From positions 13,585-77,584 of the forward strand of contig JAPSGB010000024.1 of NCBI GenBank assembly GCA_035063585.1: DNA of 64,000 bases. The letters are read 5' to 3'. Positions 19,630-29,711 of the stretch are shown here, one piece after another. A program made the position numbers and the translations under genes. The notes under the pieces were generated by a model that saw only the letters and a list, made by a program, of their open reading frames with translations, ran no database searches and had not been told where the DNA came from. Position 1 is the first letter of the stretch; each line of letters begins with the position of its first letter. The DNA comes from Polyangiaceae bacterium (GTDB lineage: Bacteria > Myxococcota_A > Polyangia > Polyangiales > Polyangiaceae).

Positions 19630-20327
19630 GAGGAGCCGCTCCCGGACCCGAGCACGCCGTCGGTCATGAGGAAGCTCCGGTCGGCGATACGCTCGAGACG
19701 CTCCTCGTGCGTGACGATGACCAGCGTCGTGCCGAGCTCGCGATGAAGCTCGCCGAAGAGATCGATGATCTGCTCGCCGGTCGCGCGGTCGAGGTTGCCG
19801 GTCGGCTCGTCGCAGAGAAGGAGCGCCGGCTCGCGGATGAGCGCGCGCGCGATGGCGACACGCTGCCGCTGCCCCCCCGAGAGCTCGCCGGGGCGGGCGT
19901 CGGCGCGCTCGGCGAGCCCGACGCGCGCGAGCGCGACGCGGGCGCGCGCGTCGATGGTGTCCGGAGCGGACGGGCGCGCGGCGAACAGGTTGGGCGCGGT
20001 GACGTTCTCGAGCACGGTGAGCTCGGGCAGGAGGTGAAAGGCCTGAAATACGAACCCAATCCGCTCTCCGCGCAGGCGCGACAGCGCGCGATCGTCGAGC
20101 GCGGCGAGGTCGTGGTCGAAGACGCGGACGCTGCCGGTGTAGCCGCGATCGAGCCCTCCCAACATCGCGAGCAGCGTGCTCTTGCCCGAGCCGCTCGGAC
20201 CGACCACCAGCACGACCTCGCCCGAGCGGACCTCGAACGAGGCGCGGTCCACCGCCCGGCGCGCGTCGGGGCCGGAACCGAACGCGCGGGTCGCGTCTCG
20301 CACCTCGATGACGGACGGCTCGGTCAC
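19626..20327 (-). CDS. ABC transporter ATP-binding protein (LolD/MacB-like)
   Basis: [45 protein letters not shown] 20327 overlaps the glmM stop. Confidence 0.93.
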   Translation of the reverse strand: MTEPSVIEVRDATRAFGSGPDARRAVDRASFEVRSGEVVLVVGPSGSGKSTLLAMLGGLDRGYTGSVRVFDHDLAALDDRALSRLRGERIGFVFQAFHLLPELTVLENVTAPNLFAARPSAPDTIDARARVALARVGLAERADARPGELSGGQRQRVAIARALIREPALLLCDEPTGNLDRATGEQIIDLFGELHRELGTTLVIVTHEERLERIADRSFLMTDGVLGSGSGSS

Positions 20328-21691
20328 GCTCCGCCGCCCAGATCGCGGCGCGCTGCGTCGGCCAGGTCGCCCACGATGGCCTCGAGCAGGGCGCGGTCCG
20401 GACCCTCCACCATCAGTCGGAGCTTGGGCTCGGTGCCGCTCCACCGCACGAGCACCCGGCCGCTCGAACCGAGCTTGCTCTCGACGTCCTTGATGTGGCG
20501 GGTGAGCGCCGGCATCGCCTCGATCGGGCGCCGGTCGGGGAGCCGCACGCTCGTGAGCACCTGCGGCACCCGCTGCATCACGCGCGCCAGCTCGCTGAGC
20601 GGCTTCTCCTCCGCGACCATGATCGCCAGCGCCTGGAGCGCCGCCACCATGCCATCGCCGGTGGTCGCGTGCTCGAGGAAGATGAGGTGCCCGGACTGCT
20701 CGCCGCCGAAGTTATAGCCGCCACGGCGCATCGCTTCGACCACGTAGCGATCGCCGACCGCGGCGCGGATCAGCCGGCCACCGAGCTCAGCGAGCGCGTG
20801 CTCGAGCCCCATGTTGCTCATCACGGTGGCGACCACCGTCTTCTTGGCGAGTCGCCGCTCGACGATGAGCTGCCGCGCGCAGAGGGCCATGAGGGCGTCG
20901 CCGTCGACCACCTCCCCGCGCTCGTCGGCGATGATCACGCGATCGGCGTCTCCGTCGAGCGCGATCCCGAGGTGCGCGCGGCGCCTGAGCACCTCCTTCG
21001 CCATGTGGTCCGGGTGCAGCGCCCCGCAGCCCTTGTTGATGTTCACGCCGTTCGGCCGGACGCCGAGCGCAAACACCTCCGCCCCGAGCTCGGCGAGCAC
21101 GGCCGGGGCGACCCGGTAGGCCGCCCCGTGCGCGGCGTCGATCACGACGCGGAGCCCGTTCAGCGTGAGCTCACGCGGGAAGGTAGCCTTGGCGTAGACG
21201 ATGTAGCGTCCGCCGGCGTCGTCGAGCCGCTCCGCGCGCCCGACGCGCGCGCCCGTCGCGCTCCGAGCCTCGAGGCGCGCGTCGTCGAGCAACGCCTCGA
21301 TGGCGGCCTCCTCGTCGTCCGGCAGCTTGAAGCCGTCCGGGCCGAAGATCTTGATGCCGTTGTCCGCGAAGGGGTTATGGCTCGCGCTGATGACCACGCC
21401 CGCGTCGGCGCGCATGGTCTGCGTGAGGTTGGCGACGGCGGGAGTCGGGATCGGCCCGGACAAGAGCACCCGACCGCCCATGGCGCAGATCCCCGACGCG
21501 AGCGCGGTCTCGAGCATGTAGCCGGAGAGCCGCGTGTCCTTGCCGATCACGATCCGCGGGGCGCGCGCGCCGCCCCGCCGGGCCACCAGCGCCACCGCGC
21601 GGCCGAGCCGCACCGCGAGCTCGGGCGTCATGGGCGGGACGTTCGCCCGCCCGCGGATGCCGTCGGTGCCGAAGAGGAGCCGCTCAGCCAC
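20324..21691 (-). CDS. glmM: Phosphoglucosamine mutase
   Basis: [41 protein letters not shown]. Confidence 0.97.
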   Translation of the reverse strand: MAERLLFGTDGIRGRANVPPMTPELAVRLGRAVALVARRGGARAPRIVIGKDTRLSGYMLETALASGICAMGGRVLLSGPIPTPAVANLTQTMRADAGVVISASHNPFADNGIKIFGPDGFKLPDDEEAAIEALLDDARLEARSATGARVGRAERLDDAGGRYIVYAKATFPRELTLNGLRVVIDAAHGAAYRVAPAVLAELGAEVFALGVRPNGVNINKGCGALHPDHMAKEVLRRRAHLGIALDGDADRVIIADERGEVVDGDALMALCARQLIVERRLAKKTVVATVMSNMGLEHALAELGGRLIRAAVGDRYVVEAMRRGGYNFGGEQSGHLIFLEHATTGDGMVAALQALAIMVAEEKPLSELARVMQRVPQVLTSVRLPDRRPIEAMPALTRHIKDVESKLGSSGRVLVRWSGTEPKLRLMVEGPDRALLEAIVGDLADAARRDLGGGA

Positions 21692-21706
21692 GTCGTTGGT
21701 CGCCTT

Positions 21707-22195
21707 TCAGTCTCGGAAGTTCTCGAACGACAAATCGAGCTCGAGCGACTCCGCCGCGCGGAGCAGCGCGATGACCGCCTGGAGTTCGTCGCGCTGCTTG
21801 CCGGTGATCCGCACCGCGTCGCCTTGGATCGACGCCTGGACCTTGAGCTTCGAGTCCTTCACGAGCTTCACGAGCGCCCGCGCCTTGTCGGTCTCGATCC
21901 CTTCCTTGACGAGCACGCGCAGGCGCACCGAGCCGCGGGGCCCGGGCTCGGGGTCCTTGATCTCCAGATGCTTCAAGCTGACTTTCCGCCGGATGAGCTT
22001 CTGCTCGAGGACGTCGAGCGCGGCGCGGGCTCGGTCCTCGGCGTTCGCCGAGATGACGATGCCCTCGTCCGTCTTCTCGAGCGACGCGTCGGTCCCCTTG
22101 AAGTCGTAGCGCTGCGCGACCTCGCGCTGGGCTTGGTCGAGCGCGTTCGACACCTCCGCCTGGTTCACCTTGGAGACGACGTCGAAAGATGGCAC
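21707..22195 (-). CDS. yajQ: YajQ-family nucleotide/c-di-GMP-binding protein
   Basis: PSFDVVS, RYDFKG, KLKVQASIQGD..R.TGK.RD.LQ, C-terminal FENFRD. RBS GGAGG upstream. Confidence 0.95.
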   Translation of the reverse strand: MPSFDVVSKVNQAEVSNALDQAQREVAQRYDFKGTDASLEKTDEGIVISANAEDRARAALDVLEQKLIRRKVSLKHLEIKDPEPGPRGSVRLRVLVKEGIETDKARALVKLVKDSKLKVQASIQGDAVRITGKQRDELQAVIALLRAAESLELDLSFENFRD

Positions 22196-22209
22196 GGGTG
22201 AGCCTCCGT

Positions 22210-23439
22210 CTAGAGCGCGATGGGGGGGTCGGTCTCGAGCCCGAGCAGGAGCGCTCGCGCCGCGCCGACCAGAAACGACGAGCCGGTCACCACCACCAGG
22301 CCGCGCGAGCCGACCACGGCGCGCGCCCGCTCGAGGGCGCCGGCGATGCTCGTGGCCACCTCGCCCTCGAATTCGGCCGCCATGAGCTCCGGGGGGACCG
22401 CGTTCGCGACGGGCGGGGCCACGAAGACGCGGTGCGCGGCGGCCTGCTCCAGGCGCCTCAGCATCGGACGCCAGCTCTTGGTGTCGATCGCGCCGAAGAC
22501 GAGCGCGACGTCTCGTCGCGACTCGATCTCGCCGATCACGCTCGGATCGATGACGCGCGACAGGGCCACGGCCCCGTCGGGGTTGTGGGCGCAGTCGAGC
22601 AGGGTGAGCTCCTCGCCGCTGCGGTGGAGCAGCTCGTTGCGCCCGGGCCACGACGTGCGTTCGATGCCTTCCGCCATGGCCTCCGGCTCGAGGCCGAGCT
22701 CTCGCCCGATGGTCACGGCGACCGCGAGGTTCGAGCCGAACATCGTGACCCGAGGGTAGGCGAGCGGCGCGCCCGCGATGGGCTCGGCGCTCCCGAGCGG
22801 CACGAGCCGCGCGCCGACCTCCTCGCAGCGCGCCTCGACGACCCGTTGCGCGTCCGGGTGCAGCTTGCCGGCGACGACGGCGGAGCCAGGCTTGATGATG
22901 CCGGCCTTCTCGACCGCGATCTCGGCGAGCGTCCCTCCGAGCTCCGCCATGTGGTCGAACGCGACGCGCGTGATCGCCGCGACCCGCGGGGACGGCACGA
23001 CGTTGGTGGCGTCGAGCCGTCCGCCGAGGCCGACCTCGAGCACCGCGAGCTCCACCTTCGCCTCGCGAAACGCGAGGAAGGCGGCCAGGGTCGCCACCTC
23101 GAAGAAGGTGAGCTCCGGGCCTCGGTCCATCACCTGGTTCAGGAACTCGACGAGCGGCTCGCTTGCGAGCGGGGCGCCGTCGAGCTGGATCCGCTCGGCG
23201 AAGCGCGTGAGGTGAGGGGAGGTGTAGAGCCCGACTCGGCGACCCGCCGCCCGCGCCATCGACGCGACGCTCGCCGAGACGGTGCCCTTGCCGTTGGTGC
23301 CGGCGACGTGCACGACCTCGAAGGCCCGCTCCGGGTTGCCGAAGGCGTCGCAGACGGCCTGCACGCGCGCGAGCCCGAGACGACGGCCCCTCGTGCGGAG
23401 CGCGTAGAGGCGTTCGAGGGTCCCCGCGAGGTCCCTCAC
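22210..23439 (-). CDS. folC: Bifunctional folylpolyglutamate/dihydrofolate synthase
   Basis: HVAGTNGKG, YTSPHL..F.ERI, LEVGLGGRLDATN, WPGR, LDCAHNP. Confidence 0.95.
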   Translation of the reverse strand: MRDLAGTLERLYALRTRGRRLGLARVQAVCDAFGNPERAFEVVHVAGTNGKGTVSASVASMARAAGRRVGLYTSPHLTRFAERIQLDGAPLASEPLVEFLNQVMDRGPELTFFEVATLAAFLAFREAKVELAVLEVGLGGRLDATNVVPSPRVAAITRVAFDHMAELGGTLAEIAVEKAGIIKPGSAVVAGKLHPDAQRVVEARCEEVGARLVPLGSAEPIAGAPLAYPRVTMFGSNLAVAVTIGRELGLEPEAMAEGIERTSWPGRNELLHRSGEELTLLDCAHNPDGAVALSRVIDPSVIGEIESRRDVALVFGAIDTKSWRPMLRRLEQAAAHRVFVAPPVANAVPPELMAAEFEGEVATSIAGALERARAVVGSRGLVVVTGSSFLVGAARALLLGLETDPPIAL

Positions 23440-24281
23440 CGGGTCGGCCCCGAGAGATGCGCGAGGAGCCGCCCGAGCATCGCCTTCATCTCGGTGCGCG
23501 GGACGATGGCATCGACCATGCCGTGCTCGAGCAGGAACTCCGAGCGCTGGAAGCCCTCCGGCAGCGTGGTTCGCAGCGTGCTCTCGATGACGCGTGGCCC
23601 GGCGAACCCGATGAGCGCGTTCGGCTCGGCCAGGTTCACGTCTCCGAGCAGGGCAGAGCTCGCGGCGACGCCGCCGGTGGTCGGGTGCAGGCAGACGCTG
23701 ATGAACGGCCGCCGCACGCTCCGGAAGCGGGAGAGCGCCGCGACCGTCTTGGCCATCTGCATGAGGCTCAAGATGCCCTCCTGCATCCGCGCGCCTCCGG
23801 AGGCCTGGAGCAGCACGACCGGCAGCGCCTCGCTGGTGGCGCGCTCGAACATGCGGGTGATGCGCTCGCCTACCACCGAGCCCATGCTGCCGCCCATGAA
23901 CGAGAACACGAAGCAGCCGAAGGCGACCGGCCGACCATCGATGCGCCCGCGGCCGACCTCGATGGCCTCGCTCCGGCGGGTGACCTTTCGCGCCCGCTCG
24001 AGCCGCTCCTTGTAGCTCTTGCCGTCGAAGAACGAGAGCGGATCATCCGGGCGAATGTGCTCGTCCCACGGCTCGAGCGCCGCGCCGTCGAGCAGCAGCG
24101 TCTTCCAGCCGTCGGTGTCGAGCACGTGGTGGTAGCCGCAATCCGGGCAGATCTGCCAGCACTCGGCGAGCCGCTCCGCCGTGTGCACGGCGCCGCAGCC
24201 GGAGCACTTCCGGAACACACCCTTACCGACCGTGCGCTTCTCGCCGGGCTGAACCTGAGCCGGGGTCTTGGCGGGCAACAT
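23436..24281 (-). CDS. accD: Acetyl-CoA carboxylase carboxyltransferase beta subunit
   Basis: Zinc finger CSGC..CPDC, FMGGSMGSVVGE, SGGARMQEG, IGFAGPRVIE, PEGFQRSEFL. Confidence 0.95.
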   Translation of the reverse strand: MLPAKTPAQVQPGEKRTVGKGVFRKCSGCGAVHTAERLAECWQICPDCGYHHVLDTDGWKTLLLDGAALEPWDEHIRPDDPLSFFDGKSYKERLERARKVTRRSEAIEVGRGRIDGRPVAFGCFVFSFMGGSMGSVVGERITRMFERATSEALPVVLLQASGGARMQEGILSLMQMAKTVAALSRFRSVRRPFISVCLHPTTGGVAASSALLGDVNLAEPNALIGFAGPRVIESTLRTTLPEGFQRSEFLLEHGMVDAIVPRTEMKAMLGRLLAHLSGPTR

Positions 24282-24421
24282 CGCGGGTAAACCTTCGAAC
24301 CGACAGAGCTTTGGGAGCTCCACCGAGCCTTGCTCGCGCGAGCGTGTAACAGCCGCGACCTGCGCGCAACGGGGAGCGCGAACTTGCCCCACGCGGCGCC
24401 GAGCGGTTACCCCGATCCTCC

Positions 24422-25435
24422 ATGCCGTCCCGCCCGATCAGCAGCCGCTTCGCCGTCGCGCTCCTGCTCGCGGCGGCGACCGCCTCAGCCGCAGGTCCGC
24501 CGCCAGAGCGACCGGCCAGCCGGCCAATGGCTGGGTTTGTCGGCCCGGCGCGGGACCGGCCCGTGTCGGGGCCGCGCCGGACCGGCACTCCCTCCCGAGC
24601 GTCCGCGAAGCCGCCGCGTCGCGAGCCCCCGCTGCCGCCCGAGAGCGTGGGCGCACCGACCGCGGGGGGCAGGCCCAGGACCACGCGGCCGAAAGACCTG
24701 CAGCGGCCTCCCGAGAGCGTCGGCTCACCGACCGCGGGGCGGCTCGTCGGCGGGGCCGAGCTCCAGGCCGGGCCCCACCTGCGGCTCGCGCGCCCCGGGG
24801 AGACGCACTGGGGGCTTCCGCCGCTCGTCCGCCTGCTCGAGCGCGCCGCGCGGCGCGTCGCGGCCCGCTTCGAGGGCGCGACGCTGCTGGTCGGGGATCT
24901 CTCGCGTCCGAAGGGCGGCAACCTGGGCGGGCACCGCTCGCACACGAGCGGGCGCGACGCCGACGTCGGGTTCTATTTCGTCGACGCCGAGGGTCGCTCG
25001 GCCACGCTCGGTCGCTATCATCACGTCCGCCCCGACGGCAGCGTGGAGGGCGCGCCCGAGCTCCGCTTCGACGACGCCCGCAACTGGACGCTCGTGGAGG
25101 CGTGGGTCACCGACCCGAGGGCTCGCGTGCAGCACATCTTCGTCTCCGCGCCGCTGCGGGCGCGGCTCCTCTCCCACGCGCGGAGAGTGGGCGCCTATCT
25201 GCCGGTGCGGCAGCGCGCCGCGCTCGCCATGAAGCAGCCGCGTCACGCGCTGCCGCACGACAACCACTTCCATGTTCGAATCGCCTGCCCGAGCGGAGGC
25301 GAAGGCCGCTGCGTCGGTGAGCCCACACCTCGGCGTGCCGCGCGACGAGACGACGTGCGCGGCGCGCCCGCGCCGCGGCGGGGCGGCAGCCGGCGCGCGC
25401 CGCCGAGGGCTCACGAGGTCACGCCGGGGCGCTGA
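24422..25435 (+). CDS. mepA: Penicillin-insensitive murein endopeptidase (MepA family)
   Basis: Signal peptide, SVGSPTAGRL, GDLS.PKGG..GHRSHTSGRDAD, PHDNHFHVRI (LAS-type Zn ligands). Confidence 0.82.
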   Translation: MPSRPISSRFAVALLLAAATASAAGPPPERPASRPMAGFVGPARDRPVSGPRRTGTPSRASAKPPRREPPLPPESVGAPTAGGRPRTTRPKDLQRPPESVGSPTAGRLVGGAELQAGPHLRLARPGETHWGLPPLVRLLERAARRVAARFEGATLLVGDLSRPKGGNLGGHRSHTSGRDADVGFYFVDAEGRSATLGRYHHVRPDGSVEGAPELRFDDARNWTLVEAWVTDPRARVQHIFVSAPLRARLLSHARRVGAYLPVRQRAALAMKQPRHALPHDNHFHVRIACPSGGEGRCVGEPTPRRAARRDDVRGAPAPRRGGSRRAPPRAHEVTPGR

Positions 25436-25503
25436 GCGGCGCGCGCTGGGCCTCGCCACGGCGCTTGTCGCGAGGCGCGAGAGAGGGGAGACTCGCGACC
25501 ATC

Positions 25504-28143
25504 ATGGCGGAAGCATCGGCCCAGACGCTGTTCGGAACCGGTGAGCTGCACGCTCCGCTGATCGGCCGCGACGCCGAGATGGCAACGCTGAAGAAGGCCT
25601 CGGACGCCTCGCGGGCCAACGACGAGACCCGCATCGTCTCCTTCCTCGGCGGCGGTGGGCTCGGCAAGAGCCGAATCATCTCGGAGTACCTGAGCGAGCT
25701 CCGCAGCGCCGGCGGGCGCATGCCGCGGGTCTATCGCGGCAGCGCGCGAGCGCTCCCGCAGAGCTACGGCGTGTTCGCGCGGCTCATGCGCTCGCGCTTC
25801 GGGCTGGTCGAGGGGATGGATCCGGACGCCGCCAAGGCCCAGGTGCGCGCCCAGGTCGCCAAGGTCCTCGACGATCGCAAGGTCGGCGACGTGTGCTTCT
25901 TCCTGGGGCAGCTCATGGACCTCTCGTTCCAGGAGAGCCCGCTCACTCGAGCGGTGATCGATGATCCGTCCCAGGCGCGGCTCTTGAGGCGCGCCATCAT
26001 GAAGAGCTTCATCGAGAGCGACGCGTCTCGAGGGCCGGTGTGCCTGGTGTTCGAGGATCTGCACCTCGCCGATGACGACTCGCTCGAGCTCCTGCGCTAT
26101 CTCATGCAGCAGCTGAGCGGCCCGCTGCTCCTGCTCGTCTCCGCGAGGCCCGAGCTCCTCGCGCGGCAGGAGGACTGGGCGGAGATCGGCCGCGGGCGCC
26201 ACGACGTGCTGCAGCTTCGGCCGCTCGGCGAGGCCGCCGCGGAGCAGATCATCCGGGCGCTGCTCGCGCCCTGTCAAGGAGGCCCCCCGGACGCTCTGGT
26301 GGAGGCGGCGGTCGCGATGGCCGGTGGTAGCCCGGGGCTCCTCGAGCAGATGGTGCGGATCTTCCATGACGCCGGCGTGCTCGAGGAGGAGGGCGCGCTC
26401 GCCCGCGAGCCGCTCTGGAAGGTCGATCTCGACAAGCTCGCGAGCGCGCGCCTCCCGATGACGGTGGATGACGCGGTGACGGCGCGCATCGGCGCGCTCT
26501 CCGCGGAGGAGCGCCGGGTGCTCGAGCACGCCGGGGCCATGGGCAGCGTGTTCTGGCTCGGCGGGCTGGTCGCGCTCGCGCGGATGGATCGCGCCGCCCC
26601 CGAGCTCTGGTCGCGTCGTGACACGCGCGACGTCAACGAGCTCACCGAGTTGCTCGGCGCGCTCGTGGAGCGCGACTACGTGCTCAAGATGCCCGACTCG
26701 ACCCTCAGCGACGAGACGGAGTACGTCTTCAAGCACAACCTCGAGCGCGAGAAGGTGACGACGCTGATGAGCGCCGTGACGACGCGCCGCTATCATCAGA
26801 CGATCGCCGACTGGCTCAGCCAGAAGGAAGGGACCAGCTCGCAGGAGGAGTACGCGGCCATGTTCGCGCTGCACCTCGAGCGCGCCGGCGCACTGACCCG
26901 CGCGGGCGCGGTCTACCTCGACGCCGCGGATCTCGCGCGCGCCGGCTACGCGGCCAAGAAGGCCAACGAGTACTACGCGCGGGGCCTCGAGCTCCTCGGC
27001 GACGCCGACGCGCGGCGCCGCATCGACGCCCTGCACAACCATGGCGACGTGCTCCTCCTGCTCGGCAAGACGGACGAGGGGCTCGCGGCCTTCCGCGAGA
27101 TGCTCGCGCTCGCCTGGCGGCTCGGCTTGCACGCCAAGGGCGGCGCCGCCCACAACCGCATCGGCAGACTCTATCGGGACACGGGAGCCCTCGGCGACGC
27201 CGAGCGGCACTTGCAGACCGCGCTCGAGCTCTTCGAGGCGGTGGGGGACGAGCGCGGGGTAGCCTCCTGCCACGACGACGTGGGCAAGCTCCTCTGGACT
27301 CGCGGAGACTACGACCGCGCGCTCGACGAGCTGAAGACCGCGCTCGAGATGCGCAAGAAGCTCGGCGATCGCCGCTCGATCGCGCTCAGCTTGAACAACA
27401 TCGGGCTGGTGTGGGGCGACCACGGCCGCACCGCCAAGGCGGGCGAGGCGTTCGAGGCGAGCCTCGCCATCCGGCGTGAGATCAACGACCCGCTCGGCGT
27501 GGTGCAGAGCCTGAACAACCTCGGGCAGCTCGCCGAGAACCAAGGAGACGCCACCCGCGCCCTCGCGCTCTTTCGCGAGAGCTATGAGGTGGCCAAGGAG
27601 ATCGGCGAGCGGAACCGGATCGCGGTCGTGCTCACCAACATGGGTGAGGCCCACTATCTGCTCGGCGACAGCGGCGAGGCGATCCGAATCCTCAAGGAGG
27701 CCGAGGAGCTCTGTGACGAGCTCGGCGATCGCCTCCAGCTCGCCGAGGCAAAGCGCGGGCTCGCCAAGGCGTATCTCCTTCAGAAGGACCTCCGTAAGGC
27801 CCGCGAGAGCATCAAGCAGGCGGTCGACCTGTTCGGACAGATTCGCAGCCGCGCGCACCTGGCGGTGGCGCTCAGGACCCTCGGCGAGATCACCGGCGCG
27901 GGCGCCTGGGGCAAGGGTCACGAGGGCAAGGCGGTCGACTACTTCATGCGCAGCATCGCAATCTGTAAGGAAATCGGCAACGAGCTCGAGGTGGCCAAGA
28001 GCTACCGCGCCTTCGCGGAGTACGTCACGGCGTCCGAGCACTACACCGGTAACGCCGACATCCAGCGCGAGGCCAACAAGCTCGGTGAGATGGCCGACGA
28101 GATCTTCGAGCGGCACCGCAAGGCGCTCACGGCCGGCGGCTGA
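25504..28143 (+). CDS. STAND-type P-loop NTPase (AAA_16-like) with C-terminal TPR array
   Basis: PLIGRDAE, Walker A GGGGLGKS, Walker B LVFEDLH, GxP helical motif (AGGSPG), YVFKHNL winged helix, ~7-8 TPRs (SLNNIG, SLNNLG, LTNMG). Confidence 0.85.
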   Translation: MAEASAQTLFGTGELHAPLIGRDAEMATLKKASDASRANDETRIVSFLGGGGLGKSRIISEYLSELRSAGGRMPRVYRGSARALPQSYGVFARLMRSRFGLVEGMDPDAAKAQVRAQVAKVLDDRKVGDVCFFLGQLMDLSFQESPLTRAVIDDPSQARLLRRAIMKSFIESDASRGPVCLVFEDLHLADDDSLELLRYLMQQLSGPLLLLVSARPELLARQEDWAEIGRGRHDVLQLRPLGEAAAEQIIRALLAPCQGGPPDALVEAAVAMAGGSPGLLEQMVRIFHDAGVLEEEGALAREPLWKVDLDKLASARLPMTVDDAVTARIGALSAEERRVLEHAGAMGSVFWLGGLVALARMDRAAPELWSRRDTRDVNELTELLGALVERDYVLKMPDSTLSDETEYVFKHNLEREKVTTLMSAVTTRRYHQTIADWLSQKEGTSSQEEYAAMFALHLERAGALTRAGAVYLDAADLARAGYAAKKANEYYARGLELLGDADARRRIDALHNHGDVLLLLGKTDEGLAAFREMLALAWRLGLHAKGGAAHNRIGRLYRDTGALGDAERHLQTALELFEAVGDERGVASCHDDVGKLLWTRGDYDRALDELKTALEMRKKLGDRRSIALSLNNIGLVWGDHGRTAKAGEAFEASLAIRREINDPLGVVQSLNNLGQLAENQGDATRALALFRESYEVAKEIGERNRIAVVLTNMGEAHYLLGDSGEAIRILKEAEELCDELGDRLQLAEAKRGLAKAYLLQKDLRKARESIKQAVDLFGQIRSRAHLAVALRTLGEITGAGAWGKGHEGKAVDYFMRSIAICKEIGNELEVAKSYRAFAEYVTASEHYTGNADIQREANKLGEMADEIFERHRKALTAGG

Positions 28144-28196
28144 AGGCGGCCGATGGCGCCGGGCCCGACCTGGGCTATTAGCGGAGAGCGTCTCTC

Positions 28197-29711
28197 ATGG
28201 TGACGGGCTCGGTAGACAGACTGAGGCGGACCTTCGTTCGCAGCATCGTGGTGATGGGTGCGGTCGCCATCCTGGCCTTCCTGACGGAGTTCTACCTGGA
28301 GTGGGACCACGCCGGCCGCCCCGGCGTGCGCGAGCTCTCCTGGGCCGGGGACAACCACGCGAAGCTGGTCGATTCCTTGAGCCCGATCGCGCGCGCCTAC
28401 AACAACATCCTCGCCATGCTGATGGCGACCGTCGGCCTGGCGGTGCCGCTCACGGCCACCATGCACACGCCGAAGCTCATCGAGCTCTTCGCCCGGGATC
28501 GCATCAACCGGATCGTCCTCACGTTGATGGCGTTCGGAGCGGCCAACACGCTCTGGGTCATGTACATGGTGGGGCCCGGGTTTGCGCCGATGTGGGCGTA
28601 TCGGATCGCCGTCTACAGCGTGCTCCTCGGCTGGATAGTGGTCGTTCCCTACTTCATGTACGTGGTGAAATTCCTCGACCCTTCCACCATCGTCGAGCGC
28701 CTGATGAAGGAGGCCGTCGCGCTGGTCGACCGCGCCGCCGAGGGCCGGGGGAGGCCGAGCCTGCTGAGAGACGCGGTCGAGGAGCGCGTCTTCCAGATCG
28801 GCACCGTGATCATCAAGTCGCTCGATCGTGCGGACCGGGAGGTCACCCGCGAGGGGATCTGGGCGCTCAGGAACATCCTATTTCGCTACGGGGAGGCCAA
28901 GAGCAAGATGGGGGACGACTGGTTCGCCATCGACCGCGCCGACTACATCGGCGTCTCGAGCGCGGCGCTCGAGATGCTGGCGGAGAAGCGGACCTTCTTC
29001 GAGACTCAGGTGCTCGGCCAGCTATTTCTCTCCTACCAGGCGGCGCTCGCCAAGGCACCGGACGCCATCAGCGCGATCGGCAAGGCGAACCGGATGGTGG
29101 CCAGGAACGCGGCCGCCAACGGCGACGGGCACGTGGTGTCGCTCTGCTTTCGCTTCATGAACAGCTTCATTCGCGAGGCGCTCAAGCGTAACGACACCCG
29201 CGCCGTCTACGACGTCTTCTATCAGTATCGAGAGCTCGCCGACGACATCTCGGCGAACCAAGACGCCGCCCTCGAGATCGGGCGCTACCTGCTCCACTAC
29301 GCCGCCATCGCCGAGCGCAAGGGGGATGATTTCGTCCCTCAGCTCGCCGTGTTCGATCTCGCGCACGTGACCGAGCGCGCTCACCAGGCCGGCAACCCTC
29401 GCGCGGGCGAGCTGCTCGACCTCTTGGCCGAGGTCTCGAACCTCACCCGAGGTGCGCTCGATCCGATGAAGTTGAAGGCGAAGCTGGTGCTCGCGGCCTA
29501 CTTCGTGAAGCATGGGCGAGCCGGGGAGACGAGCCGGCTCGCGCGCGCGTTCGAGGGGGTGCCGCGTGTCGAGATCGAGCGCGCCGCGGCAGAGCTCCTG
29601 AGCGTCGGAAAGCGCGCCTACTGGGAGATCACCGATCGTCAGGTAAACATCGAGTGGACGCCCCCGGAAGACCGGGGCTACATCACGAAGTTCGTCGAGA
29701 GCCTCCCGTGA
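28197..29711 (+). CDS. DUF2254-like membrane protein (about 4 TM plus helical C-terminal domain)
   Basis: Hydrophobic helices around TATMHTPKLIELF.RD and KFLDP..IV, then a long helical soluble domain. Confidence 0.65.
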   Translation: MVTGSVDRLRRTFVRSIVVMGAVAILAFLTEFYLEWDHAGRPGVRELSWAGDNHAKLVDSLSPIARAYNNILAMLMATVGLAVPLTATMHTPKLIELFARDRINRIVLTLMAFGAANTLWVMYMVGPGFAPMWAYRIAVYSVLLGWIVVVPYFMYVVKFLDPSTIVERLMKEAVALVDRAAEGRGRPSLLRDAVEERVFQIGTVIIKSLDRADREVTREGIWALRNILFRYGEAKSKMGDDWFAIDRADYIGVSSAALEMLAEKRTFFETQVLGQLFLSYQAALAKAPDAISAIGKANRMVARNAAANGDGHVVSLCFRFMNSFIREALKRNDTRAVYDVFYQYRELADDISANQDAALEIGRYLLHYAAIAERKGDDFVPQLAVFDLAHVTERAHQAGNPRAGELLDLLAEVSNLTRGALDPMKLKAKLVLAAYFVKHGRAGETSRLARAFEGVPRVEIERAAAELLSVGKRAYWEITDRQVNIEWTPPEDRGYITKFVESLP

